Below are positions 54,199 to 64,000 of a DNA stretch of 64,000 bases, one piece after another; positions within the stretch are counted from its first letter, which is position 1, and each line of letters opens with the position of its first letter. A program made the position numbers and the translations under genes. A model generated the notes under the pieces. It searched no databases, was not told the origin of the DNA, and saw only the letters and a program-made list of their open reading frames with translations. The stretch is from a virus, in IMG/VR virus record IMGVR_UViG_3300025418_000011; one strand, 5' to 3'.

Positions 54199-54550
54199 AC
54201 CATATATTTTAAAACTGGTAAAAGCCTTGCCTATAGTTGATTTTGTAGAATTCAACTTCGGTAAAGAAGCTAATGTTATTGTGCATGATACTGTAGCTCC
54301 AGACTTATTGGATTGGGAAACCGCCATAAGGCTCAAAGGGCTAAAGAAAAAAATCGGCACCAATAAAGAAGTCATTGAGAGATTAAAACTTCCACATATA
54401 TGCATAGGTGAGCCTATATATTATAAGTATTGCTATGAGTATTATGTGAAGTTCAATACAGATAAAAAAATATCACAAAATCATCTAACAGATGAGGAGA
54501 TAACAAAACCAGTAGACAATATAGATTTGTTTGCTAAACTTCTTTTGTGA
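54182..54550 (+). CDS. Hypothetical protein
   Basis: 122-aa ORF before a terminator. Confidence 0.55.
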   Translation: MGKQNEPYILKLVKALPIVDFVEFNFGKEANVIVHDTVAPDLLDWETAIRLKGLKKKIGTNKEVIERLKLPHICIGEPIYYKYCYEYYVKFNTDKKISQNHLTDEEITKPVDNIDLFAKLLL

Positions 54551-54558
54551 TAATTTTT

Positions 54559-54592
54559 AAAAGGAAGACCCTAACAGGTTTTCCTTTTTTTT
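54559..54592 (+). terminator. Intrinsic terminator
   Basis: AAAAGGAAGACC/GGTTTTCCTTTT followed by a T-run. Confidence 0.7.
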
Positions 54593-54631
54593 AGCTATTA
54601 GTTGTGGTATTATTAAAAATAAATAAATAAA

Positions 54632-54913
54632 ATGAACCCACAGGGATTCAAATTACCTAAGCAATTTCTCTCTCAGTTGAGTGAGTTTTCAAGAGGATAT
54701 TATCTAGCGGTTGTAAACGATAGGGGAGAAATAGAGTCTTTTGAGAGTTATGATAATCCCACAATAAGACTCGGGTTACTTAATTTCGTAGACGCTCAAT
54801 CATCCGCAGCCCAAGAGAATTTAAGAAATCAGGCACTCCATATGGAAGAAATGGGTGATAGAGACTCCAGGCCACCTAAGGCTGGAGGTCCTGACGAAGA
54901 TGATGACGATTAA
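54632..54913 (+). CDS. Hypothetical protein
   Basis: 93 aa with acidic tail; own promoter-like site at 54605. Confidence 0.65.
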   Translation: MNPQGFKLPKQFLSQLSEFSRGYYLAVVNDRGEIESFESYDNPTIRLGLLNFVDAQSSAAQENLRNQALHMEEMGDRDSRPPKAGGPDEDDDD

Positions 54914-54925
54914 TATTTTAAGAAA

Positions 54926-55510
54926 CTAAGAACAAAAAGTTTCTTTTAAAGCGTTGTCTCTATTTAACCAACCTGCTAAGTCTCTGCCAAAAGTATCAGG
55001 ATGGAATGAGGCTAACCTCTTATACCTGCTATTGGCTTTAGATATCAGAGCTAAAGATAATTCATTCTTATCAGATATCTTTAATACTGCAGACATTGTT
55101 TGAGAGCCAATTATTCCATCACAGGTTACCTTTTGTCCGTAATCACAAAGACACAACTGAAGCATCACGATAGCGGTTTCTATACCGCAGTTAACACCAA
55201 AGTTAGCCAATACAGGGCCTAGAGGATAATTCAAATCATCTCCTGAGCATTTATTCCAATAGTCTATTTTATATTTAGTAGCGACCCAGATAGGTGTAAT
55301 TCCTTCGGCTGGAAATTCATCATCTCTGGCGGTGAGTCCAGCCACGGTGATTCCGGCACCATCTCCATCATCTTCTGATAATATGAATCCCGTTGTTTTG
55401 TCTATTGTGCACTCCCAATCCAATATAAATTTCAACCACTTCATGAACACAGCTGTTCCGGTGGCTACTGCCAATATATCCGCCTTTGTCATTTGAGCTA
55501 TAGACACCAT
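54926..55510 (-). CDS. Endolysin, GH108-like lysozyme with C-terminal PG-binding domain
   Basis: W-E...DDGDGAGITVAGLT, NFGVNCG, DGIIGSQT, GWLNR; start at 55510. Confidence 0.8.
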   Translation of the reverse strand: MVSIAQMTKADILAVATGTAVFMKWLKFILDWECTIDKTTGFILSEDDGDGAGITVAGLTARDDEFPAEGITPIWVATKYKIDYWNKCSGDDLNYPLGPVLANFGVNCGIETAIVMLQLCLCDYGQKVTCDGIIGSQTMSAVLKISDKNELSLALISKANSRYKRLASFHPDTFGRDLAGWLNRDNALKETFCS

Positions 55511-55514
55511 AATA

Positions 55515-55868
55515 TTAAATATCTGTATCTTTAGCTTTAGCGGATAATTTTGTCTGCACTGCCTCGGCGGCCGCCATGCCGAGCTTTCCGATATTCCCAC
55601 TTACGTTTTCCGGAGAATCTGTTTCTCCGAATTTGCTTCCTGTTTTAGCTGCCGCCAAAGCACCTATTGTGAAAGCGAGTAGATCGGATAAATTTTTAGG
55701 AATATCTATCATGTTGTTTATTGTGTGATTTATGGCGTGGTGAACTATCACATAAACCACACAGCCCACAACTGCCGCGACCACGAGGAATAAACAGACT
55801 CTAATACTACTTGGAACGCCATTGGCTTCCGAAAGTACAGCTTTGAGCCAGTTTATTATTTTTTGCAT
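55515..55868 (-). CDS. Putative holin
   Basis: SSIRV plus two TM segments; directly upstream of the endolysin. Confidence 0.55.
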   Translation of the reverse strand: MQKIINWLKAVLSEANGVPSSIRVCLFLVVAAVVGCVVYVIVHHAINHTINNMIDIPKNLSDLLAFTIGALAAAKTGSKFGETDSPENVSGNIGKLGMAAAEAVQTKLSAKAKDTDI

Positions 55869-55869
55869 T

Positions 55870-56343
55870 TTATGGGATTAATCCAGAGAGCCAGAGTAAT
55901 ATATATCTACCTAGACCATAGCCAAGAATTAAGCCCAAGCCATAGCCAGCAAGAGGAGCAAAAAAATCCCAAGGGGGAGGAGCTAAATATAAGAATTTAC
56001 CCAAGAATCCTCCAAACCACATAGAGAATAATATAGCGAAGCAAATAACAACAACGTCTCTCTGCTTGGCTGCGCTAACTGCGGCTAGTTTGTACTTATC
56101 TCTATCTTCCTCCGCGTGTTTTAAGTTAAGCTCAGAATCATTATATTTTTTCTGTACTTCAGCTAAGTCTGCTTTGGTTTTTTTTACCTCATCTTCAGCT
56201 GAGTTATAAAGGTTTATTAACTCCCCTGAAGCTTTAATAATCACAGATTCAGGCAAGTTATCTATGTCATGGCGAGATAGATTGGCTTTTGCATAAAAGC
56301 ATAAACCAAAAAAAATTAAAAAATTAATCAAATACTTGTTCAT
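55870..56343 (-). CDS. Spanin-like membrane coiled-coil protein
   Basis: N-terminal signal, coiled coil, two C-terminal TM segments; in the lysis cassette. Confidence 0.4.
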   Translation of the reverse strand: MNKYLINFLIFFGLCFYAKANLSRHDIDNLPESVIIKASGELINLYNSAEDEVKKTKADLAEVQKKYNDSELNLKHAEEDRDKYKLAAVSAAKQRDVVVICFAILFSMWFGGFLGKFLYLAPPPWDFFAPLAGYGLGLILGYGLGRYILLWLSGLIP

Positions 56344-56525
56344 TTTTTATTATGGTCTGTTAGCCAGGTATTAATAATAACTGCCTTATACTCCGCTGTA
56401 TTTAATGTGCTATCCAAAGCATCTAAATCTTCCTCAGTGTTTTCTGTGACTGAGGTTTGTTTTAAATGCGTTGTGGCGCATCCTGCAAATAAACTTACCA
56501 ATCCTAAAAGTATATATTTTTTCAT
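56340..56525 (-). CDS. Small lipoprotein (o-spanin-like)
   Basis: MKK plus hydrophobic stretch plus lipobox LFAGC. Confidence 0.6.
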   Translation of the reverse strand: MKKYILLGLVSLFAGCATTHLKQTSVTENTEEDLDALDSTLNTAEYKAVIINTWLTDHNKK

Positions 56526-57007
56526 GGTTTTTTATTTAATAGGTCTTTGAGCTTATCTATTGTTTCGGCCTCAGTTATATCTCTCTGGGTATTATCTTTT
56601 TGTATTTGGCGAACGTCTGAAGCCATCATTCTTATTTGTTCGCTGATATTTTCGTTAGACTTGTGATCTGCAGAGAAAAACCAAACTACTCCACCTAACT
56701 GGAATAGGAAAGCAAATGACCCTGTGAATAAAAATCTCAGTATAAGCCCTTTAAGTTCTTTATAGTTGTGGGCAGTCTCTCTTAAAAATAAGAAATCTTC
56801 TTTCATCCTATCCACCGTATCCGCCAGAGACTTCATAGAGCTCTTTAGTCCGTTATTACCGTCTATACCTATCACAGAGGCTAATGCATCTCTGGCGATA
56901 TCTCTAGTATTCCTTAATTCAATAGATAAATCATATATCTTTCTATTGATTTCGGCTAACGCAGCATCATTAACCTCTGATCTAGTGCTGTTTTCTTCTG
57001 TGCCCAT
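56522..57007 (-). CDS. Single-TM coiled-coil protein (lysis-associated)
   Basis: Coiled coil, TM at about aa 90-110, short C-terminal domain. Confidence 0.5.
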   Translation of the reverse strand: MGTEENSTRSEVNDAALAEINRKIYDLSIELRNTRDIARDALASVIGIDGNNGLKSSMKSLADTVDRMKEDFLFLRETAHNYKELKGLILRFLFTGSFAFLFQLGGVVWFFSADHKSNENISEQIRMMASDVRQIQKDNTQRDITEAETIDKLKDLLNKKP

Positions 57008-57133
57008 AATTTAATAGAATGATACAAAACGGGCTATTTATTGTCAATTATATCTCAATAATTCAAATGAACTTAAGATATAACCTTCTCAGAGCATACC
57101 TACAAAAATATAGGTATGCTCTGGATTTATTGG

Positions 57134-57328
57134 TTACTTACTGAAACGAGCGTTCAATACTCCTGAACCGTTAGGCTGAATAGAAATATTCAACGCTACG
57201 AGATCAGCCCAGGACTCTGTGCCTGGCAATGTGATCACAGGGGTGAGGGCTGCGACTATTGCTTGCACATCAGCTGGCTGAAGTACTGTGTTTGCTGTTA
57301 CTGGCTGCGGGTTTAATGTTATAGGCAT
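57134..57328 (-). CDS. Hypothetical small protein
   Basis: 64 aa; followed by hairpin AGAGCATACCTA/TAGGTATGCTCT (about 57091-57122). Confidence 0.6.
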   Translation of the reverse strand: MPITLNPQPVTANTVLQPADVQAIVAALTPVITLPGTESWADLVALNISIQPNGSGVLNARFSK

Positions 57329-57376
57329 TATTGTTGTGTCTGGTTTTTTCCGGTTAGACTCTTCCGGTTTTTAAAA

Positions 57377-58486
57377 TTAACTAAGACTCTCTTTGGCTGC
57401 GCGCTGACCTTTGAGAAGATCTTCGTAAAATTTTAAATTGGTTGTATGCATTGGTTTATCTTGCTCTGGGCATATAGCTAATGCTTCTTTACAGGCGGAA
57501 TATCCTCCCGCAAAAGAATTAGTATAAAATCCAGCAACACTCTTATAAATCAGTGCTTTATAATTATACGCAAAAGCGTCAGTAAATAAAGTTAATCCTT
57601 CTGATGATTTTCTATGTGTACCTTCATGTGCATATGCGTAAGCCATCTCATGCTTTCCCAATCTTGTGAAATAATCAGCAAGAAATAATAAGGGCTCCGC
57701 TCTTCTAGGGTCTACATAATGGGCTTTTAAATAAGTTAAAACAATATTTGGCTCGGGGTGACCAAGCTGCTCCATTAGTTTTCCCGCCTCGTAAAAAGAA
57801 ACACATGCTTCTTCTGACCATCCTCCCATATCTCCTCTGGTCATATACCACTTTAGTGCTTCTTCCGGTTTTCCTGCGTCTCTATAGCTTTGAGCTAAAT
57901 AGAACATACTCCTGGTGTCTTTGGGATCTTTTTTTACTTCCTTTAAAAGAATTTCAGCATCTTTTAAATATTTATCAGGATCCGCACTTCTAGAACCTCC
58001 AACACCTGCCGCGATATGTACTCCACTTAATGTTCCTCCGTCTTTGCCTCCCCATTCGAGATATTCATGGAGCACACCAAAGTACCTCATTTTGGCGGTA
58101 TTTTTAATAATGTGTGGTCTGAAATATTTTATGCCTCCTAGATGAATTTCTACCCAGTAAAAATCTTTATCTGAATCTAACTGGCTTTTCCAATTTTTAT
58201 CCTCAATAACAAACTCATCATCAGCGTCCATCATAACTATGTACTTGGCCTTCTTTTCTGCCGCTTCTATGCACATATTTCTATTGGTAGAAAAATCATG
58301 CCATTTATGGTGAAGATATTCGCCAGGAATACCTTCTAACTTTTTAGTAGCCAATTCTTCACTCTTATCTGTAGATCCGTTGTCTGCTAAAACCCAATAA
58401 TCTATGTAGGGAATAAAAGGATCTATGCACTTCTCAATTACGTGCTCTTCATTTTTTAATATTACTGCTAATGCAAGTGTGCTCAT
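57377..58486 (-). CDS. GT2 glycosyltransferase with C-terminal TPR repeats
   Basis: LKNEE..I..C, DNGSTD, DFSTNRN, MMDADD (DxD), GVLHE; FYLAQSY TPR. Confidence 0.88.
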   Translation of the reverse strand: MSTLALAVILKNEEHVIEKCIDPFIPYIDYWVLADNGSTDKSEELATKKLEGIPGEYLHHKWHDFSTNRNMCIEAAEKKAKYIVMMDADDEFVIEDKNWKSQLDSDKDFYWVEIHLGGIKYFRPHIIKNTAKMRYFGVLHEYLEWGGKDGGTLSGVHIAAGVGGSRSADPDKYLKDAEILLKEVKKDPKDTRSMFYLAQSYRDAGKPEEALKWYMTRGDMGGWSEEACVSFYEAGKLMEQLGHPEPNIVLTYLKAHYVDPRRAEPLLFLADYFTRLGKHEMAYAYAHEGTHRKSSEGLTLFTDAFAYNYKALIYKSVAGFYTNSFAGGYSACKEALAICPEQDKPMHTTNLKFYEDLLKGQRAAKESLS

Positions 58487-58558
58487 GTTGTTTGTATTGT
58501 TTTCTTTGATTTGTAAGAATCATTAGAAACATTACACAGTTCAGAGTCAATTGCAAAA

Positions 58559-59602
58559 TTAATAATTCGTTCTACCTATCATGGTATTAAAAAAAGCTAT
58601 GGCGTTATTAAAATTTAAAACATCCGCATCAGTCAATCCTGTGCCTATAGAATACATGTACATTGTTCTATCTGTTATGTTGCTTATCTGCTTATTCGCA
58701 GCTCCGTATGTTCCTGCCGTGCCTCTGCCAAACACCATAAACGTAGAGGTATCTAGATTAGGGGCTGTGGCGGTTTGGGTGTTAGGGTTAACTCCAGATC
58801 CCGATTTCATAGGTAAGTTACTGGATAGTCCACTTCTATATATTGTGGAGTAACTACTGCTAACACGAGAACCCACAAAAAACCCCAAAGGATTAGACAT
58901 AGGAGAAGCTAATGTACCTCCTGCGGTACTGTTCGCATCCTGGCTATAGCAGTTAAACCTGGAAACCTGTCCTGCGTTTCCACTATAGGCTGGCTGAAAT
59001 GTAAAGTTCTGTCCTCCTGAACCATTCACACCTAAGTCAGTATTTATGGTTATATTACCTCCTGGCGAACCTCCACTTATATAGCATGAGAAGTGCACTG
59101 AATAATTTGTTAAAGCTGAGTAATTTTGAGGTACAGTTGTGTCTATTATTTTCAGTGTATTCGAATTGGTGTTTCCTGCGATGGTTCCGGCAGATTGATA
59201 GTTGGCGTTAGAGGATGCATTAAATCCTGTGGTTAATGACCAATCTCCAGCACCAAAAGGGCCTTGTGTGCCTGAGTTCGGAGCATATCTACCATTATAG
59301 TCATAACCTATACCTGCTGTGGCTATTAGCGGAACAAGAGAGGCTTTCCAGTCTCCTCCGCAAAACAGGTTCATTCTTAAAATTTTTGAAAGTACACCTG
59401 TCTGCCTCAAGCTGTTTAATAAATATATAGATGCATTGTATACTGTTGTGCTGGGAGCTACTCCACCAATAGTGCTTATTCTGTTCAACCAATCTTTGGT
59501 TAGCTGTACATCTATATAGTTCCAAACTAAATTGCTTCCCAGATAAGCCGAAGTTACCTGAGATGAACCTATTTTTAAATTATCTGCTGGATGCAGTATC
59601 AT
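58559..59602 (-). CDS. Tail-fibre tip/receptor-binding-like protein
   Basis: N-terminal LKIGSSQVTSAYLGSNLVW adaptor-type motif; beta-rich body. Confidence 0.55.
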   Translation of the reverse strand: MILHPADNLKIGSSQVTSAYLGSNLVWNYIDVQLTKDWLNRISTIGGVAPSTTVYNASIYLLNSLRQTGVLSKILRMNLFCGGDWKASLVPLIATAGIGYDYNGRYAPNSGTQGPFGAGDWSLTTGFNASSNANYQSAGTIAGNTNSNTLKIIDTTVPQNYSALTNYSVHFSCYISGGSPGGNITINTDLGVNGSGGQNFTFQPAYSGNAGQVSRFNCYSQDANSTAGGTLASPMSNPLGFFVGSRVSSSYSTIYRSGLSSNLPMKSGSGVNPNTQTATAPNLDTSTFMVFGRGTAGTYGAANKQISNITDRTMYMYSIGTGLTDADVLNFNNAIAFFNTMIGRTNY

Positions 59603-59606
59603 GCCG

Positions 59607-62600
59607 CTATGCCCCTACTATGATATAAAGCGTGGTTGCGTTAGGTGGGTTTAAAGCATTGTATGCAGCTTGCCCTATTTTTACAATATTTGTAACAGTA
59701 GAGTCGGAAGAAACCCTGCTATTTATTTGTGTTTGCAGTTTTTCTAATGCTACTAGCGCTGTATCAGAAGCTAACACAGAAGTATTACTTGCACCAGTGA
59801 AACCTGTTAATGTTGTGGATAATACTCTACTTTGTTGGAAATACTGATTAGTGGTTCCTTCTGTTACATTGTCGGTTGTTAGGTTAACCACACCGGAATA
59901 TCCATTAACACTGATTACCTCGTCACTAGCAGGAGATTGCTGCCAATGTGTGCCATTATAAATTACCCAATCACCAACCTGGAAAGTTAATCTATTCGCG
60001 CCAGGGCCTGTGGCAGCACTAGCTCCTGTAGCTCCATTACTGAAAGATACAGTGCCCGCCGCAGAAACGTTGTATACACTTCCGCCTGAAACCCCAGTCA
60101 TTCCATCAGTTAATTTAGGGCTGTTGTTAGCTGCACTCCATACTCCTAGGTATTCCATCACTGTACTAGGTAGCTGACTAACAGGAACTTTTCCTCCATT
60201 GTCTAGAGAAGCAACCCCATTCGAGGCACCAACCAAAGATGGGTTTAATGGGGTATATCCAAGTGCTGTTGTAACTTGCTGTGAAGTTATTTGTCCTCCA
60301 CTAGTTATTTGCCATGCACCTCTAACTCTTGCGTATTGGTGTAGTGTGTCAGGAGCATCCGTGATTAATGGATTTCCATTTAATTCACAACCGCCAGGAG
60401 AATATATAGAGACCTTTGAGGTCGACTCGTAGTCGTTTTTTATTATCAACTGCTTTGTGGTTCTGGAAGAAACTATAGCTGCTGAATTTCCTAATCCATC
60501 ATAGCTGCCGCCATACATCCTAAACCCGGCACCATTTACAGACGCTCCTTGATTTATCCATCCAATATAAAGTTCCTGTGGTTGGTAATTGTCATATGTG
60601 TAGTTTAAAACATGCAGAGCTTCAGGTTGTAAATAAGTATAGCTCCCACCTATCGACATGCTTTCAAAAGTAACACCGTCTCCTCTATTGAGACTTTGGT
60701 CGAATGGGTTTCCTCCAGCACCACTAACTCCGCTAACAGGTACCCAACTTCCGTTTATCCTGGCATATTGGTGAAGTGTATCAGGTGCATCTGCCTGAGA
60801 AGCCATCGCTCCTATATTATTAGCATAAAGATTACCAGAAATATCTACACTAGCAGCACCATATGCTAAATAAAGAGAACCATCTGAAGAAATTCTCCAA
60901 GAGCCAAAAACGTTAGGGTTATTAATTATATTTCCCCCACCATCATAAGCAGGGGCTCCTATATAGTCTGTAGCATCTACAGCGTTAAATATAACATTAC
61001 TGGTTGTATCTAATCCTTGGTTATACGGCAATGGATGAACGTGGTCTGCTCTTGCGGCTATTGTGGATGTCCCTGCCGAGGGTACATTTTCTGGATGCGA
61101 AGGTAGTGGAGAAGGTAATGGAACAACTGTGCCCCAATACCTGCCTGAGGCTAACCAAGGAAATGCTGGAACTGTTGAACTATAATCCGCATTACTGGAG
61201 ATAGTTCCATTATCCCCCACAAAAGAATGATAATTCGCCACCAAGCACCATGTAGGTACAACACTACCGTCCGGACCGATCGACATATTGGTTACAACTA
61301 ATGACTGATATTGATTGTTTCCTATCAGTGAGGACAGTTCTGTACCTGTGTGATAATAAACAGGATAACCATTATATGTGCCGTTTTGCACAAACAGCAC
61401 ACCGTTGTATGTGCAAGCCGTGGGAGATAACCCAATTTCGGGGAAGGGTAATTTATGTACGTGATCGAGCCTTGCGGAAAGTTTTGAGGTACCTGCAAAA
61501 GATTCAGATCCCACGGGTTCAGGGTCTGCTGTTAATCTAGAAACAGTCATTCCTGAAGGCCAACTAAAATCAAAAATTGATAAATTGTTATCATTCCAAA
61601 AATAAACAGCTGGTCCAGGATTACCTTGAGCATCAATATACTGAAACAAATATTCACTGAATGTCTCTAAATAACCGCCAATATCTTTTTGGTCGAAGGT
61701 GACAGCTATAATCCATCTTGACCCATCAGGAGCATTGTAGTCCCATTCACCAGCGTTACCCGTAACTTTAAACACTGCTGAACCTCCGGGGAGACCTGGA
61801 ATGGTCCCTATAGATGGATTTCCAGAATAACTTATATAAGCTTTATCTGAGACATAACCCCCGAACGGGCTAACCCAGTGTCCATTTACTCTCGCGTAAT
61901 TTTGAAGTGAATCAGGAGCATCGTTCTGAGAGGACATTGTGCCCAAGTTTGGGGCACTCACGTTCCCTATAGGGTCTATATTAAAAAAATAATTACCTGC
62001 CCAAAAGTTACCTGCGTTATCTATAACAACAGAAAGGTTTGAAAATTCAGCAGAGCCGTCTGCATATAATTCCCATCTCCCATCTTTACCAATTACGTTT
62101 TTAGAAAAATAAGCAAAGTCTGGCCTAAGTGTCGCAGACCCTCCACCCAAACTTGCGTTACCCGAAGAATCAATATGCGTTGTGCCTCCGTTTAATAACA
62201 GAGAATTAAACGTAACATCGTTTGTCGTATTGAGTAGTTGGTCAAAAGGATTTCCTGTTTGAATAGCCTGCCAAGCTCCTTTCGTCCTAGCGTACTGATG
62301 AAGCGTATCGGGAGCATCTCCTATAGGTATATAGCCAAGAGCAGAGGTAACACCTGTGGCTGTGATTGTGGCGGCGGGCCCAGTGTCTCCCTTAGGTCCA
62401 GTAATCCCAACACCAGTAGGTCCAATAGGTCCTGTAATCCCTACACCAGTAGGTCCAATAGGTCCAATAGGTCCAGTAATCCCAACACCAGTAGGTCCAA
62501 TAGGTCCAATAGGTCCAGTAATCCCAACACCAGTAGGTCCAATAGGTCCTGTAATCCCTACACCAGTAGGTCCAATAGGTCCTGTAATCCCTACACCAGT

Positions 62601-64000
62601 AGGTCCAATAGACCCAGTGATTCCAACACCAGTAGGTCCAATAGATCCAGTGATTCCAACACCAGTAGGACCAATAGGGCCAGTGTCTCCCTTAGGGCCA
62701 GTGATTCCAACACCAGTAGGTCCAATAGGTCCGATAGACCCGGTGTCTCCCTTGGGTCCTGTAATCCCTACACCGGTAGGACCGATGGGTCCGATAGACC
62801 CAGTGTCTCCCTTAGGGCCAGTGATTCCAACACCAGTAGGTCCAATAGACCCAGTGATTCCAACACCAGTAGGCCCGATAGACCCAGTGTCTCCCTTGGG
62901 TCCAGTAATCCCAACACCAGTAGGTCCAATAGGTCCAGTAATCCCAACACCAGTAGGTCCAATAGGTCCTGTAATCCCTACACCAGTAGGACCGATAGGG
63001 CCAGTGATTCCAACACCAGTAGGCCCAATAGAGCCAGTGATTCCAACACCAGTAGGACCAATAGGGCCAGTGATTCCAGTAGGACCTATTGTACCAGTTG
63101 AGCCTGTAGGCCCTAGGATGGATGCAAAAGGTCCTTGGGGAGTAGATAAATTCCCATTAGCATCTATAAGCACAAAGTTTAAATTACCAGAAGAGTCTAC
63201 GGATATATTGTATATTCCTTGCCCTGTAACTCCAGTAGGCCCTGTGACACCTACTCCTGTAACTCCAGTTTGTCCAGTAGGTCCAAGTATAGATCCGCCA
63301 GGCACTATAAATGGTCCATAAACATTATTTAACCAGTCTATATAATTAACATTTAAATTATAATTAGCATCTAGGTATATATTCTCTATACCCATACCTG
63401 TAACACCATAGGTTGTGCTAGTGACTGTTATCGGACCAATATTTAAAAACCCCGCTACGGATTGATAGTTAGGAGACGGAGCAATGTTATTATAAACCCA
63501 TACATCTACAGGCCCGGTTGTTCCGCTTGCGGGTATATAATATGCATCGCCCAGTGTTTTAGTCGGCAAGCTAGAAAGCAATGAGGAAGCCGTTAATGAC
63601 CCTTTTATAGTGAATGCATTACTTCCTGCTGCACCTTGAGAGCCTGTGCTTCCTGTTTTTCCTGTTGCTCCTGTTACTCCTTGAGGGCCCGTGCTTCCTG
63701 TTTTTCCAGTTCCGCCTGTACCTCCGGCGGGTCCTGTACCTACCACACCAGAAAGTCCTATTCCCCAATAACTATATGTACCTGTTCCAACAACCTGGAA
63801 AATTGAAACAGTCCAGCTTGTGCCTGCCATACTGGTTATAATACCAACCATATATTGAGTAGCAGAGCGGCTGAGTATTACGTAGTTTCCTACAGTAAAT
63901 GCGGTTGGTCCTGCGGTATAAGAAACTACAAAAGTTTTTGTTCCTAGGGTTAATGATAATGCTGTTGTAGAAATTACTCCCGAATAACCTGCACCGGTAT
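59607..64000 (-). CDS. Collagen-like tail-fibre protein, 5'-truncated
   Basis: Frame stays open from 63851 to the window edge; Gly-X-Y repeats; three DAPD(T/S)L(H/Q)xYAR..G.W motifs; two AR.DHVH.LP motifs; SVNG and [13 protein letters not shown] motifs. Confidence 0.8.
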   Translation of the reverse strand, partial: TGAGYSGVISTTALSLTLGTKTFVVSYTAGPTAFTVGNYVILSRSATQYMVGIITSMAGTSWTVSIFQVVGTGTYSYWGIGLSGVVGTGPAGGTGGTGKTGSTGPQGVTGATGKTGSTGSQGAAGSNAFTIKGSLTASSLLSSLPTKTLGDAYYIPASGTTGPVDVWVYNNIAPSPNYQSVAGFLNIGPITVTSTTYGVTGMGIENIYLDANYNLNVNYIDWLNNVYGPFIVPGGSILGPTGQTGVTGVGVTGPTGVTGQGIYNISVDSSGNLNFVLIDANGNLSTPQGPFASILGPTGSTGTIGPTGITGPIGPTGVGITGSIGPTGVGITGPIGPTGVGITGPIGPTGVGITGPIGPTGVGITGPKGDTGSIGPTGVGITGSIGPTGVGITGPKGDTGSIGPIGPTGVGITGPKGDTGSIGPIGPTGVGITGPKGDTGPIGPTGVGITGSIGPTGVGITGSIGPTGVGITGPIGPTGVGITGPIGPTGVGITGPIGPIGPTGVGITGPIGPIGPTGVGITGPIGPTGVGITGPKGDTGPAATITATGVTSALGYIPIGDAPDTLHQYARTKGAWQAIQTGNPFDQLLNTTNDVTFNSLLLNGGTTHIDSSGNASLGGGSATLRPDFAYFSKNVIGKDGRWELYADGSAEFSNLSVVIDNAGNFWAGNYFFNIDPIGNVSAPNLGTMSSQNDAPDSLQNYARVNGHWVSPFGGYVSDKAYISYSGNPSIGTIPGLPGGSAVFKVTGNAGEWDYNAPDGSRWIIAVTFDQKDIGGYLETFSEYLFQYIDAQGNPGPAVYFWNDNNLSIFDFSWPSGMTVSRLTADPEPVGSESFAGTSKLSARLDHVHKLPFPEIGLSPTACTYNGVLFVQNGTYNGYPVYYHTGTELSSLIGNNQYQSLVVTNMSIGPDGSVVPTWCLVANYHSFVGDNGTISSNADYSSTVPAFPWLASGRYWGTVVPLPSPLPSHPENVPSAGTSTIAARADHVHPLPYNQGLDTTSNVIFNAVDATDYIGAPAYDGGGNIINNPNVFGSWRISSDGSLYLAYGAASVDISGNLYANNIGAMASQADAPDTLHQYARINGSWVPVSGVSGAGGNPFDQSLNRGDGVTFESMSIGGSYTYLQPEALHVLNYTYDNYQPQELYIGWINQGASVNGAGFRMYGGSYDGLGNSAAIVSSRTTKQLIIKNDYESTSKVSIYSPGGCELNGNPLITDAPDTLHQYARVRGAWQITSGGQITSQQVTTALGYTPLNPSLVGASNGVASLDNGGKVPVSQLPSTVMEYLGVWSAANNSPKLTDGMTGVSGGSVYNVSAAGTVSFSNGATGASAATGPGANRLTFQVGDWVIYNGTHWQQSPASDEVISVNGYSGVVNLTTDNVTEGTTNQYFQQSRVLSTTLTGFTGASNTSVLASDTALVALEKLQTQINSRVSSDSTVTNIVKIGQAAYNALNPPNATTLYIIVGA
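62377..63110 (-). repeat. Coding tandem repeat (33-nt core; GPTGVGIT x17 with GPI/GSI/GPKGDT spacers)
   Basis: Counted in the translated ORF. Confidence 0.9.

Noticed and set aside
62238-63321. Long + strand ORFs (287 and 321 aa) and the 33-nt repeat as a possible CRISPR array
   Set aside because: Antisense shadows of the collagen repeat; units are contiguous coding repeats with no unique spacers and no cas genes.
1-64000. Stop-codon reassignment (alternative genetic code)
   Set aside because: Core genes (PolA, DnaB, SbcC, terminase) are full length in the standard code, and no suppressor tRNA is present.

Overview
AT-rich segment of a large dsDNA tailed phage (jumbo-phage-like), with both terminal ORFs cut by the window edges. 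In order: virion/tail genes (1-7.5 kb); an RNA-rich island (8.4-13.6 kb) with a tmRNA carrying a 31-aa tag, 4 tRNAs, a SAM-methyltransferase-like gene and about seven unassigned multi-stem ncRNA candidates; an initiator-like tRNA-Met, an AAA ATPase and terminase; a Ycf46-type AAA/DUF1257/DUF2997 module; a replication/recombination block (SbcD/C, SF2 helicase, primase, DnaB, UDG-fold-fused PolA, putative SSB, RecA, RuvC); accessory genes; then a minus-strand lysis cassette, a GT2-TPR glycosyltransferase and collagen-like fibre genes. Two strongest leads: (1) a phage-encoded ubiquitin-like system inside the replication block (Ubl ending LVGG-ASL, JAB/JAMM peptidase, E1/ThiF, no recognisable E2, plus an adjacent 690-aa orphan); (2) the cluster of undescribed structured RNAs around the tmRNA. 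Family assignments come from motif recognition by eye and base pairings were traced by hand; no searches or folding programs were run.
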